Assembly: GCA_028711065.1 (NCBI GenBank)
Contig: JAQTSY010000001.1
Location: 86,610-150,609, forward strand
Length of the DNA: 64,000 nucleotides
From: Minisyncoccota bacterium
Lineage (GTDB): Bacteria > Patescibacteriota > Minisyncoccia > Phycocordibacterales > JAQTLZ01
Reading direction: 5' to 3'
Shown: one piece after another, positions 45,504 through 54,926 of the stretch
How the letters are laid out: the number at the start of each line of letters is the position of its first letter
How positions within the stretch are numbered: the stretch's first letter is position 1
Notes under the pieces: model-generated
Database searches by the model: none
What the model saw: only the letters and a program-made list of their open reading frames with translations
Told to the model about the DNA's origin: nothing
Made by a program: the position numbers and the translations under genes

Positions 45504-47561
45504 ATGAAAAAGGTTTGTTTTTTGGGGGCTTTTGTGGCCCTGATCCTTTGCAGTGTTGATGTCACGATGACCAGAGAAGGCCTCGTGACATGGACAAGCG
45601 TAAATTACGACAGCGATCCGATGTACGTTCACTTCGAAGATGGGCGATCCGTAACCCTCCACAAAGGGCAAAGTCTGATCGTCTCAGAGCCTTGTGTTCT
45701 TCACGTTCATTCGTGCGGTTGGGATAAGATCCCGTTCACCCCGCAGAAATCGATGAGGTTTAGTCCCCGGCAGGCAAGTATGCTTCCCGTAGTACCAATG
45801 TCGAACAACAAGAGGCGGAAAATTATTCTCAATTATCCACCAGTGTCGTCCGTGTGGCATCTGCCGTTCGGAATCGCACAACTCGCCGCGTGTCTCAAAG
45901 AGCGCGGGCACGAAGTGCGTCAGCGATACGGTCACATCATAGGCCTCGAGCATATACTCCGTGAATATGGAGGAGATGAAGCCGAAGGAGCAATCGCCAC
46001 GATTCGAGATCCAAAGAGTGATATTCTGGCACTTTATAATGTCCAGCAATCGCTCAAAAAGATTTCGAAAAGTGTGCCGACAAGGGATAAATTCGTCGTG
46101 TACGGCAACAACGCAAACTATGTTTCAGCCGACAACGACGGAAGCATTGAAGGAATCCTATGTGCTATCGAAAACCGGAAAAGCAATATGTGGTATCGCT
46201 ACTTCGCCGAAGTGGAAATTCCTCTGGCGGAAGATTGTCAGCCGGATATTTACGGCGTGAGCATCGCGGACGAACGTCATCTGGTGCAAGGATTTATTCT
46301 TGCATCGCTTGTGAAGGAAGCCCTGCCCAAGACCCTCGTGGTCATCGGCGGAAATTTCTTCGCACGCACACCGGATGCATTCAAGACGCCTGAGTTTGCA
46401 AAGCTTTTCGACCATTGCGACGCAATCGTCTGGAGCGAAGGCTTCGAGCCGATCTGCAAACTCGCCGACTCACTTGACCCTTCCTCTACACCCGGAACGG
46501 CGTGGAGAAATGGAGACAAAGTAATCGTCAATCCACCGTCGGTAGATGCAACGTCGTTTGAATCACTACCAACTCCCATCTTTGATGGGGGAGCTCGGCA
46601 GTGGTCGCCTGATGACGTGTATCCGCTTTATACGATGTCGAATTGTCCAATGCAATGCGGCTTCTGCGCCATCGCGGCCGGAAGCGACACATTCCTTGGA
46701 CGATCACGAATGATGAGTCCGCAGCGGGTAGCAGAGCATATGCAAAAGCTCGACGGACATCGGTTTGATATCATCAACGAACTCATGCCGGTTCCATACC
46801 AACTCGCTCTCGGGGCTGAACTGAAAAAAATCGGCCACGAAGCGACCTGGCAGTGTTACCTGACTGTCACGAACGACCTCGCCGACCCGGCAAAGTGCAA
46901 GCAATTGTACGATGCGGGTTGCCGTGGCGTTCAGCTCGGTCTCGAAACACTTTCGCGCGAAACGCTTCTCCGCGAGAAAAAGGGGTGGAACCATCCCGAA
47001 CACTACGTGGAGATACTTCGCAATCTGAAAGATGCCGGAATACAAACACACGTGTTCCTGCTTCTCGGATTGCCGGGACAGCCACTTCATCACGATCTGC
47101 GCTGGCTGGCGTTTCTTGAAGAGCACGGCGACCTTATCTTGACTATCAAAAGCGGACGCTACCGGCTCGCGAGGAAAGCGCCGGAAGAACAATTCGGCAC
47201 GCACAGCTCCCTTATCAAAGTTGCAGAGAGCATCAAGCCGCTTCGGCTCAATCGGGACTTCCAGTATACGAGCAAATTCTTGAGCCGGTCCCGAGTCGAG
47301 GCGGTTCGAGACATTCTTGAAGAAGCATGTCGGCGGCACTGGGCATATCAAACCACAACGATTCTCCCTTGGTGGATCAATCGGGGCAGATATTCGTGGA
47401 ATGATTTCTCCGAGATGGCGAAGGTACTGCCGCGAGAAGAGCCAGTCCGACACATCGACGAGGCGGTAAAAAAGATGGAGCGGCTCGTCTTCGACGAGCT
47501 TGGCAGAAAAGAGACCTTTTCGTCATTTGAAGATTTGGTCGCTTTCTCCCACACCATCTAG
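45504..47561 (+). CDS. B12-binding-type radical SAM protein with an N-terminal extension
   Basis: YPP......PFGIAQLAACLK..GH; PDIYGVS; VVIGGN; CPMQCGFC; GLET; SD GGAGGT; promoter TTGACA-N17-TAAAGT (45424-45452). Confidence 0.85.
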   Translation: MKKVCFLGAFVALILCSVDVTMTREGLVTWTSVNYDSDPMYVHFEDGRSVTLHKGQSLIVSEPCVLHVHSCGWDKIPFTPQKSMRFSPRQASMLPVVPMSNNKRRKIILNYPPVSSVWHLPFGIAQLAACLKERGHEVRQRYGHIIGLEHILREYGGDEAEGAIATIRDPKSDILALYNVQQSLKKISKSVPTRDKFVVYGNNANYVSADNDGSIEGILCAIENRKSNMWYRYFAEVEIPLAEDCQPDIYGVSIADERHLVQGFILASLVKEALPKTLVVIGGNFFARTPDAFKTPEFAKLFDHCDAIVWSEGFEPICKLADSLDPSSTPGTAWRNGDKVIVNPPSVDATSFESLPTPIFDGGARQWSPDDVYPLYTMSNCPMQCGFCAIAAGSDTFLGRSRMMSPQRVAEHMQKLDGHRFDIINELMPVPYQLALGAELKKIGHEATWQCYLTVTNDLADPAKCKQLYDAGCRGVQLGLETLSRETLLREKKGWNHPEHYVEILRNLKDAGIQTHVFLLLGLPGQPLHHDLRWLAFLEEHGDLILTIKSGRYRLARKAPEEQFGTHSSLIKVAESIKPLRLNRDFQYTSKFLSRSRVEAVRDILEEACRRHWAYQTTTILPWWINRGRYSWNDFSEMAKVLPREEPVRHIDEAVKKMERLVFDELGRKETFSSFEDLVAFSHTI

Positions 47562-47654
47562 GTTGCATATCAAAAAGTACTTTCTGTAGCACTGCGCAAG
47601 CGGTGCTATTTTATTTATTGAAAAGTGTTATTGAGTGTGTGTTATAATAATTCG

Positions 47655-48755
47655 ATGAGCCACGCTCGCATAGATAAAGTCCTCCTCGCTTCTTTTGCCA
47701 TCCTCGTCTTTGTGGGATTTTTTATTTTCACTTCCGCCTCTCTAGGACTCCTTACTCGCGGAGAGGGCGTATTTTCTCAAGTCGCGATCAAACAAATATT
47801 GGTGGGGATCATCCTTGGCTCGATCGCTTTTTTTATCACATTAAAAACTGATTATACTCATTGGCGCAAATATGCTTTTTTTATCGCTATTGCTTCCATT
47901 TGCTCTGCCGTACTCGTTTTCATACCGGGAATCGGATTCGCCCACGGCGGAGCGAAACGATGGATAGACATTGCAGGAATCTCTCTCCAGCCAGCAGAAT
48001 TTTTGAAACTGGGACTGATTATCTATTATGCAGCGTGGCTTTCGAAAGTGCGCGAAAAGATTTCCAAACTTCAATACGGTCTTTTTCCGCTTCTTATTGT
48101 TATTTTCATCGCAGCCGTTTTAGTCCTCCTCGAGCCTGACACTGGCACCTTTTTAGTTATTTTCGCAAGTCTTGTTGGAATGTTTATAGCTGCTCACGGA
48201 CGGTGGAGAGATATTCTCATACTTTTCCTTCTTTGTGCCATTGGCATATCTGGACTTTTTTATATGCGGCCATACATTCGCGAGAGATTTCTCACTTTTC
48301 TTGATCCAGCTCGCGACCCGCAAGGTTCCGGATATCAAATTCAACAGTCCCTCATTGCGATAGGCTCCGGTGGCATTTTCGGAAGGGGATTCGGGCAAAG
48401 CGTCCAGAAATTCAATTATCTTCCGGAGCCGATAGGGGATTCCATTTTCGCAGTAGCGGGAGAAGAATTCGGCTTCATTGGGAGTCTTCTTCTTGTCCTT
48501 CTCTACATTTTCTTTGCGCTTCGAGCTCTCCGGATGGCTTCAAAAGTCAATGATCTCTTTGGTAGACTGCTTATCGTAGGAATTGTTATACTAATTGTGT
48601 CCCAATCGTTCCTGAATATCGGCTCTATGCTTGGGATTCTTCCGCTCACCGGCGTTCCGCTTATCTTCGTGAGCCAGGGAGGCACAGCACTTCTTGTCGG
48701 AATGGCAGAAGTCGGTATTCTTCTTAATATTTCACGACGGAGAGCGATTGGATAA
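47655..48755 (+). CDS. ftsW: SEDS peptidoglycan polymerase FtsW
   Basis: GAKRW, QPAEFLK, EPDTGT, GYQ..QS..AIGSGG, YLPE..D.IF..GEE, TGVPL..VS.GG; directly upstream of murG. Confidence 0.92.
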   Translation: MSHARIDKVLLASFAILVFVGFFIFTSASLGLLTRGEGVFSQVAIKQILVGIILGSIAFFITLKTDYTHWRKYAFFIAIASICSAVLVFIPGIGFAHGGAKRWIDIAGISLQPAEFLKLGLIIYYAAWLSKVREKISKLQYGLFPLLIVIFIAAVLVLLEPDTGTFLVIFASLVGMFIAAHGRWRDILILFLLCAIGISGLFYMRPYIRERFLTFLDPARDPQGSGYQIQQSLIAIGSGGIFGRGFGQSVQKFNYLPEPIGDSIFAVAGEEFGFIGSLLLVLLYIFFALRALRMASKVNDLFGRLLIVGIVILIVSQSFLNIGSMLGILPLTGVPLIFVSQGGTALLVGMAEVGILLNISRRRAIG

Positions 48756-48768
48756 ATTTAAAATATAA

Positions 48769-49896
48769 ATGAAAATTGTTTTAACAGGAGGAGGCACGGG
48801 TGGGCATTTTTATCCCCTCATAGCCATCGCGGAGGAATTACAAAAGGAAGCGCGGGAAAATAAACTTCTTGACGCAAAATTATATTATATGGCTCCGACT
48901 CCTTACCACGAGGCGCGACTTTTCGATAATGACATTACTTTTGTAAGAATTCCGGCAGGCAAAAGAAGGCTTTATTTTTCAGTCGCGAATTTTTTTGATT
49001 TGTTTATTACCGCACTCGGCATCCTTGTCGCTCTTTGGAAAATGTTTAGTATCTTCCCAGATGTCGTTTTTGCAAAAGGAGGATATGCAAGTTACCCAGC
49101 GCTTTTCGCAGCGAGATTTTTCGGCATACCTGTTGTAATCCATGAGTCAGACAGTGTTCCAGGAAGAGTGAATCTTTGGGCAGGGAAATTCGCCAAAAAA
49201 ATCGCTCTCTCATACCCAAGCGCGGCTGATTATTTTGAGAAGGAGAAGACTGCTTATACAGGAAATCCTGTTAGGAAAGAGCTTATGGTAGTACAGAAAA
49301 GCGGCGCGCATGAATTTCTGAAACTTGAAGAGAATATCCCCGTTCTTTTGATTCTCGGAGGTTCGCTTGGCTCGGAAGTCATCAATGATGTGATTATAGA
49401 TTCGCTTCCAAGACTTCTCCTCAAATATCAAATCATCCATCAGACCGGAAAAGGGAATTTTGCGGAAATTCTCAACACTTCAAAAGTGATATTGAAAGAC
49501 AACGAATTTGCCCATAGATATCATCCGCTCGATTATCTCAATGACCTTGCTATGCAAATGAGCGCCGGTGCAGCGGATCTCATAATTTCTCGCGCGGGTT
49601 CTACCATATTTGAAATTGCAGTATGGGGAATTCCATCAATTCTCATTCCAATCACTGATTCGCAAGGCGATCATCAGAGAAAAAATGCTTATGCATATGC
49701 GAGAAGCGGAGCAGCGGTGATCATCGAAGAGGCGAATCTCAACGCAAATATTCTTTTCGAAGAAATACGGAGACTTATGGAAAATCCTGCCGAACGCGAG
49801 AGAATGAAGGAGGCGGCGAAAGGTTTCGCTCGATTAGATTCTGCGGAGGTGATTGCTAAAGAAATCATTCAAATCGGATTGGGACACGAGAAGTGA
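48769..49896 (+). CDS. murG: MurG GlcNAc transferase
   Basis: GGGTGGH, KGGY, HE, GNPVR, GGSLG, RAG, HQ.KNA. Confidence 0.96.
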   Translation: MKIVLTGGGTGGHFYPLIAIAEELQKEARENKLLDAKLYYMAPTPYHEARLFDNDITFVRIPAGKRRLYFSVANFFDLFITALGILVALWKMFSIFPDVVFAKGGYASYPALFAARFFGIPVVIHESDSVPGRVNLWAGKFAKKIALSYPSAADYFEKEKTAYTGNPVRKELMVVQKSGAHEFLKLEENIPVLLILGGSLGSEVINDVIIDSLPRLLLKYQIIHQTGKGNFAEILNTSKVILKDNEFAHRYHPLDYLNDLAMQMSAGAADLIISRAGSTIFEIAVWGIPSILIPITDSQGDHQRKNAYAYARSGAAVIIEEANLNANILFEEIRRLMENPAERERMKEAAKGFARLDSAEVIAKEIIQIGLGHEK

Positions 49897-49923
49897 CCAC
49901 TCGGAACAGTTTTTGAGAAACCC

Positions 49924-49958
49924 GGAAAAACCGCCAGCGGCGGTTTTTCCTTGCTTTT
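49924..49958 (+). terminator. Intrinsic terminator after murG
   Basis: GGAAAAACCGCC-AGC-GGCGGTTTTTCC followed by a T-rich tract. Confidence 0.65.
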
Positions 49959-50023
49959 GTGCTTAAACCATAGACTAAGCCATTAAACAGCATATTTGGA
50001 ATATATGGTAGAATAGAGAGATT

Positions 50024-51358
50024 ATGGCAAACAAACACATTGTTACTCGTTTTGCTCCAAGCCCCACTGGGCTTTTGCATGCGGGGAATTACCGTACTGC
50101 TGTTTTTGCTTATCTTTTTGCTCGTCAAAATAAGGGAAAATTTGTCCTTCGCATTGAGGATACTGATCGAGAGCGCTCAAAGAAAGAATATGAAGAAAAT
50201 GTTATTGAGAGCTTGAAATGGCTTGGGCTTGAATACGATGAATTTTCTCGGCAGTCAGAAAAAGTTGCTGGTCACAAAAAACATCTTCAAAACCTTATTG
50301 AGAAAGGCTTCGCATACATTTCGCACGAAGAAAAAGATGGAAAGCCGAGCGACGTCATTCGTTTCAAAAATCCTGGCACAAAAGTGACATTCAAAGATCT
50401 GATTCGTGGAGAAATAACGATGGATACGACCGACCTTCATGATTTCGTTATTGCTAAAAACTTAGAAGAACCAGTCTGGCATCTGGCAGTTGTTATTGAT
50501 GATTTTGAAATGGGAATTACCCACGTAATTCGTGGGGAAGACCACATTTCGAATACTCCTCGGCAAATCCTCATCCAGAGGGCAATCGGCGCACCAGAGC
50601 CAATATACGCTCATTTACCGCTTGTTTTGGCACCAGACAGGACAAAGCTTTCCAAGCGAAAAGGGGCTTTGGCAATAAGCGAATATCGCGACCGGGGATA
50701 CCTTCCAGAGGCGCTTTTGAATTTTATGGCGCTTCTTGGATGGAACCCCGGGGGAGAGCAGGAAATCTTCAGCCTCAAAGAGTTAGTTGAAAAATTTAAT
50801 ATTGAAAAAATCCAGAAGGGAGGAGCTATTTTCAATGAAGAGAAGCTGAAATGGTTCAATGAAGAATATATGAAAAGATTGCCTGAAAAAGAAATTGGAG
50901 CGCGAGTGTCAGCAGAATTTGAGAAAGCTGGCAAGAAATTTGACCCGCATACAGCCAAAAAAATTCTTCCTCTCATTGTGGACCGAATTTCAACTTTTGG
51001 CGAAGCGAAAGAGATCGCACAGTCGGGAGAATTTGATTTTTTTGAAAACCAACCTGAATACGAAATTGAAAAAGTGCTTGCCAAAAAAGAACCTAGCAAA
51101 ACAAAAACGGCAGAGCGACTTTCAGAAGTTTCAAAACTTCTTGCCGGAGTTTCAGAAGCAGAGTGGAATCAGGCCGAAATTAAAAACGCGGTATGGGACT
51201 ACGCAACGAAAGAGGGGAGAGGGGAGGTGCTTTGGCCTCTTCGCGTCTGTCTTTCGGGACTCGATAAATCTCCGGACCCATTCATCATTGCGGAAATTTT
51301 GGGCAAAACAGAAACGCTCGAAAGAATTAAAGTTGCGATTGAAAAGCTCCACGCTTAA
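50024..51358 (+). CDS. gltX: Glutamate--tRNA ligase
   Basis: RFAPSPTG.LHAG, LRIEDTD, THVIRGEDH, KLSKR. Confidence 0.97.
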   Translation: MANKHIVTRFAPSPTGLLHAGNYRTAVFAYLFARQNKGKFVLRIEDTDRERSKKEYEENVIESLKWLGLEYDEFSRQSEKVAGHKKHLQNLIEKGFAYISHEEKDGKPSDVIRFKNPGTKVTFKDLIRGEITMDTTDLHDFVIAKNLEEPVWHLAVVIDDFEMGITHVIRGEDHISNTPRQILIQRAIGAPEPIYAHLPLVLAPDRTKLSKRKGALAISEYRDRGYLPEALLNFMALLGWNPGGEQEIFSLKELVEKFNIEKIQKGGAIFNEEKLKWFNEEYMKRLPEKEIGARVSAEFEKAGKKFDPHTAKKILPLIVDRISTFGEAKEIAQSGEFDFFENQPEYEIEKVLAKKEPSKTKTAERLSEVSKLLAGVSEAEWNQAEIKNAVWDYATKEGRGEVLWPLRVCLSGLDKSPDPFIIAEILGKTETLERIKVAIEKLHA

Positions 51359-51360
51359 TC

Positions 51361-52650
51361 ATGAATAAATATGTCATATCTTTTCTTTTCATATTTCTCA
51401 CGCTTCTAGGGACTTTTAGCGCTCCCAGAAGCGTTCGCGCCCTGACTACAGCAGAAGAGCTCCGACAAAAAATAGACGAGAGAAATAATCTCATCGCGCA
51501 ACTTGAAGCGGAGATCGCAAAATATTCAACTGTAGTGGGGAAAATCAGCTCCCAAGCGCAGACGCTCAAAAACGCGATAGCGCTTCTTGATACGAGCATA
51601 AAAAAACTGGAGACAGAGATAAAAGCCACTCAAAATAAAATTGCTTCTACCAATCTCACCATTGAATCGCTCCAAGATCAGATTGTCGACAAGAAAACAA
51701 AAATTCAAGATGATCAATCGGCAATACGAGAAACAATACGCCAGCAAGAATATGCGGAATCGAACTCTCTCGTAGAAACAATGCTCAACAATACCAATCT
51801 TTCAGAATATTGGGATGGAATCGCGACTCTGGAAAAATTCCGGGGAACGGTGCGAGACAAGGCAATCGCACTCGCCAACGAGAAAAAAGATTTGGAAGAC
51901 CAGCAAAATCAAGTGGTTTCCAAAAAGAAAACGCTGGTAGACTACCAAACACAACTAGCCGACCAGAAAAAAATCGTAGAGGGCACAAAAACTGATAAAG
52001 CAAAAGTACTCACTCAAACAAAAAGCCAAGAAACTCAATACAAAGCAATTATCAACCAAAAAACAGCACAGAAAAATGCTTTCGAACAAGAGCTCTTTAA
52101 CTTCGAATCACAGCTCAAAGTAGCCATTGATCCAAACAGCCTGCCATCCACTCGCCCAGGCGTTCTTTCGTGGCCACTTGGACACATTGTCATCACCCAG
52201 CTTTTCGGAAAAACAGTAGATTCAAAACGTCTGTACGCATCCGGAACGCATAGCGGAGTTGATTTCGGCACACCAATCGGTACACCCGTGAAAGCGGCTC
52301 TCTCTGGGACTGTCGTCGGGGTTGGGAACAGCGATCTGTATCGAGGATGCCAATCATTCGGCAAATGGATTATGATCGCTCATCCAAATGGTATTTCAAC
52401 CCTTTACGGACACCTTTCACTGATGAAAGTGGCAAAAGGAGATGCTGTTTCAACTGGGCAAATAATCGCCTACAGCGGAAATACCGGCTATTCGACAGGA
52501 CCGCATCTCCATTTCGGGGTATACGCTACGCAAGGAGTGAAAATCCAACCGTATCCTTCTGGTTCATATTGCAAGGGGGCTCTTCTTCCGCTTGCTGCCC
52601 ACGAGGCCTACCTGGATCCGCTTGTCTACCTACCCGAACAGAAGCCTTAA
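51361..52650 (+). CDS. Coiled-coil M23 peptidoglycan endopeptidase
   Basis: Signal peptide, long coiled coil, HSGVD, YGHLS, STGPHLHF. Confidence 0.93.
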   Translation: MNKYVISFLFIFLTLLGTFSAPRSVRALTTAEELRQKIDERNNLIAQLEAEIAKYSTVVGKISSQAQTLKNAIALLDTSIKKLETEIKATQNKIASTNLTIESLQDQIVDKKTKIQDDQSAIRETIRQQEYAESNSLVETMLNNTNLSEYWDGIATLEKFRGTVRDKAIALANEKKDLEDQQNQVVSKKKTLVDYQTQLADQKKIVEGTKTDKAKVLTQTKSQETQYKAIINQKTAQKNAFEQELFNFESQLKVAIDPNSLPSTRPGVLSWPLGHIVITQLFGKTVDSKRLYASGTHSGVDFGTPIGTPVKAALSGTVVGVGNSDLYRGCQSFGKWIMIAHPNGISTLYGHLSLMKVAKGDAVSTGQIIAYSGNTGYSTGPHLHFGVYATQGVKIQPYPSGSYCKGALLPLAAHEAYLDPLVYLPEQKP

Positions 52651-52699
52651 ACGTGTGGATTACCTTTGAACACTCAAAACTATTCCTGGGGTATAATAA

Positions 52700-52963
52700 A
52701 TGTTAATGAAGAGAGCGAACAACCGCGGATTTATACGCCTTATCATTCTCATCCTCGTGGTGCTTATAGCATTAAGTTACCTCGGCTTTGACGTAAAGAA
52801 AATTATTTACTCTCCCACAGTTACGAAAATTGCTTCACTCGTCTGGAGTGTCCTTGTTTTGGTCTTTAAGTTACTTTTTGCCGTCCTTCAAGCAGCATGG
52901 GGAACAATTAGCCAAGGACTTAAATATACGCTTACTCTGGTTCAAAATATAAAGACGCCTTAG
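52700..52963 (+). CDS. Small membrane protein with a prepilin-like RGF N-terminus
   Basis: NRGF-IRLIILILVVLIAL; -10 TATAAT immediately upstream; start may be 52706. Confidence 0.6.
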   Translation: MLMKRANNRGFIRLIILILVVLIALSYLGFDVKKIIYSPTVTKIASLVWSVLVLVFKLLFAVLQAAWGTISQGLKYTLTLVQNIKTP

Positions 52964-53652
52964 TTTGTAAATTTCGCTATTTCTTCGGCGACAATTTTAG
53001 GATGAGTGATGTGGGGGGAATGTTTCGCTCCACCTATCACCACAAGTTTTGAATCTTTAATATTTTTCTGCATAAGGTATGCATCTGAAAGAGGTGTTAT
53101 TTTGTCTTCTTTGCCCCAGAGGATGAGGGTGGGGATGGAAATTTTTGTAAGCTCGGGTGTGAGGTCGCGTGAGATGAGATTTTTCATTGTCTCCCGCATA
53201 TTTTCGCCTGCTCGGCCGTAATCATTGGCACCAATTATTTTATAGAAAATTTTTCGGACGAGGGAAGAGTTGAGAAAAAATTTCCCGATTCGCGCGAGAC
53301 CCCCGAACACCGCACGCTTTGCGCGCAGAGGAAATTCATTGTGAACAATTCCTGCGGAATCTAAAAGGATAAGTTTCCGGATAAGGCTTGGATTTTTGGC
53401 AATAGCTGCAATGGCAATTCTGCCTCCATTTGAATGCCCGAGAAGCGTCACATTTTGTTCACCGACCAGAGCTTTTTCCAGCCAAATAACATACTCGGGA
53501 AGCGTCCACACTTTATCTGATTTCTCTGCGAGTCCAGGAACACGAAGCATAACAGGTTCAAACCCGCGTGAACGAAGTTCTGCGAGACACGGCTCCCAAG
53601 CATCGAGCGTGTATGTCCAGCCGTGAATAATGTGAATCTTTATATTTGCCAT
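52960..53652 (-). CDS. Alpha/beta hydrolase
   Basis: HGW, GHSNGG nucleophile elbow, WG..D..TP, H.PH. Confidence 0.92.
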   Translation of the reverse strand: MANIKIHIIHGWTYTLDAWEPCLAELRSRGFEPVMLRVPGLAEKSDKVWTLPEYVIWLEKALVGEQNVTLLGHSNGGRIAIAAIAKNPSLIRKLILLDSAGIVHNEFPLRAKRAVFGGLARIGKFFLNSSLVRKIFYKIIGANDYGRAGENMRETMKNLISRDLTPELTKISIPTLILWGKEDKITPLSDAYLMQKNIKDSKLVVIGGAKHSPHITHPKIVAEEIAKFTN

Positions 53653-54926
53653 TTTTTACGTTGATTAACCCAGATTGCTTCCCGACGGCACAGTTTTGAG
53701 GCGTCAGACGGATTCAAGAGAAGTTTTTCTACAACGCCCTCTAAATATCTTGCCCCTTTGAAAAGAATTGTTTCTCCTCCTTTCAATTCTCTTTTGAGAT
53801 ACAAGAGGGCTTCACCGGGCATAAGAAAGGCTATGACTTTTTGAGTTCCTAGATGTTTTACAAGCGGGGGATAGGTATATTTTGTGAGTCTCGGCCCAAC
53901 AAGAATAACCCGCGCAGGGGAGACAGACAAGATGTCTTTTGCAATATCTATGTGCTCTGCCTCCTCGCTCTTGCCTTGTTCAATCATATCTCCGAGGACA
54001 AGCCACTTTTCGCCTATGGCCGGATGGCGACGAGTAAGATCAAGCATCGTCCGCATTCCATCCATTGTTGCATTGTAGGTGCTATCAATAAGCGTCGTGT
54101 TTTCTATTCCCTGAAATACCGAGCTTCTGCCAGGAGGAAGTTCGAAATTTCTAAACGTGGAATCAACTTTAAATCCAAGAGTTTTCACAGCCGTCGAAAC
54201 CGCGACAACCGAGAGGGAAGAGGCGGGTGGAACCAACCGAGGGAGCGAGAAATTCCCGACCAGAGTCTCAATCTCTACGCCCTCGTTTACAATTTTAAAG
54301 CTCCGGATCTCCTTTTCAGAAACTGGAATTACTTTTGATTTTGTCCGTTTTGATTGTTTTGTTATGAAACGATTGTCAGCGTTTAAAATAGAAAACCCCT
54401 TGGTAGTCTCCAGAAAATGGCCAAATTCGTTTGCCATCGCTTCTTTGACTGCCTCGCGATGATTATCTCCGGAAGATGCAACAATGCGATCAAAATTTAT
54501 TCCGTGCGCTTCTTCCAAGGAAAGCCACACAAGCCCTTCGGGCTTTAGAAGTTGCGCCAAGAATTTTCCTTCACCCGGCCGTTCTGCGTCAGCCTCCACT
54601 ACATATAATTTCTCTTTTGGAAGGCCTCGAAATGCTCGAAATGGCGAGAGGAGAGCAAAAAGCGGCCATTCGATTATATTAAAAGATTTCCGCTGAAGCC
54701 CCAGAATATGAAATGGAATCCCAAAAGTGCTGTTTGCGTGGTGCGAATATCGAGCCCTTTCGCCAAGTTCGGCTTCAAATAAATGAAGGAGGGTTGTTTT
54801 CCCACTTGAGCCGATAACCGCTATGATTTTCGGATTCCATCGGCGCAAATAGATTTTTGCCCAAAATCGAAAGTAGCTGGCTACAAAAAAATAAATTTTC
54901 TTTTTTATTGTTCTTAGAATTTTCAT
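53640..54926 (-). CDS. Mur ligase family protein (MurF-like)
   Basis: GSSGKTT, PGR, IDSTYNA, LGDM.E.G, LFKG; ATG 54926 overlaps the upstream TGA. Confidence 0.85.
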   Translation of the reverse strand: MKILRTIKKKIYFFVASYFRFWAKIYLRRWNPKIIAVIGSSGKTTLLHLFEAELGERARYSHHANSTFGIPFHILGLQRKSFNIIEWPLFALLSPFRAFRGLPKEKLYVVEADAERPGEGKFLAQLLKPEGLVWLSLEEAHGINFDRIVASSGDNHREAVKEAMANEFGHFLETTKGFSILNADNRFITKQSKRTKSKVIPVSEKEIRSFKIVNEGVEIETLVGNFSLPRLVPPASSLSVVAVSTAVKTLGFKVDSTFRNFELPPGRSSVFQGIENTTLIDSTYNATMDGMRTMLDLTRRHPAIGEKWLVLGDMIEQGKSEEAEHIDIAKDILSVSPARVILVGPRLTKYTYPPLVKHLGTQKVIAFLMPGEALLYLKRELKGGETILFKGARYLEGVVEKLLLNPSDASKLCRREAIWVNQRKKWQI

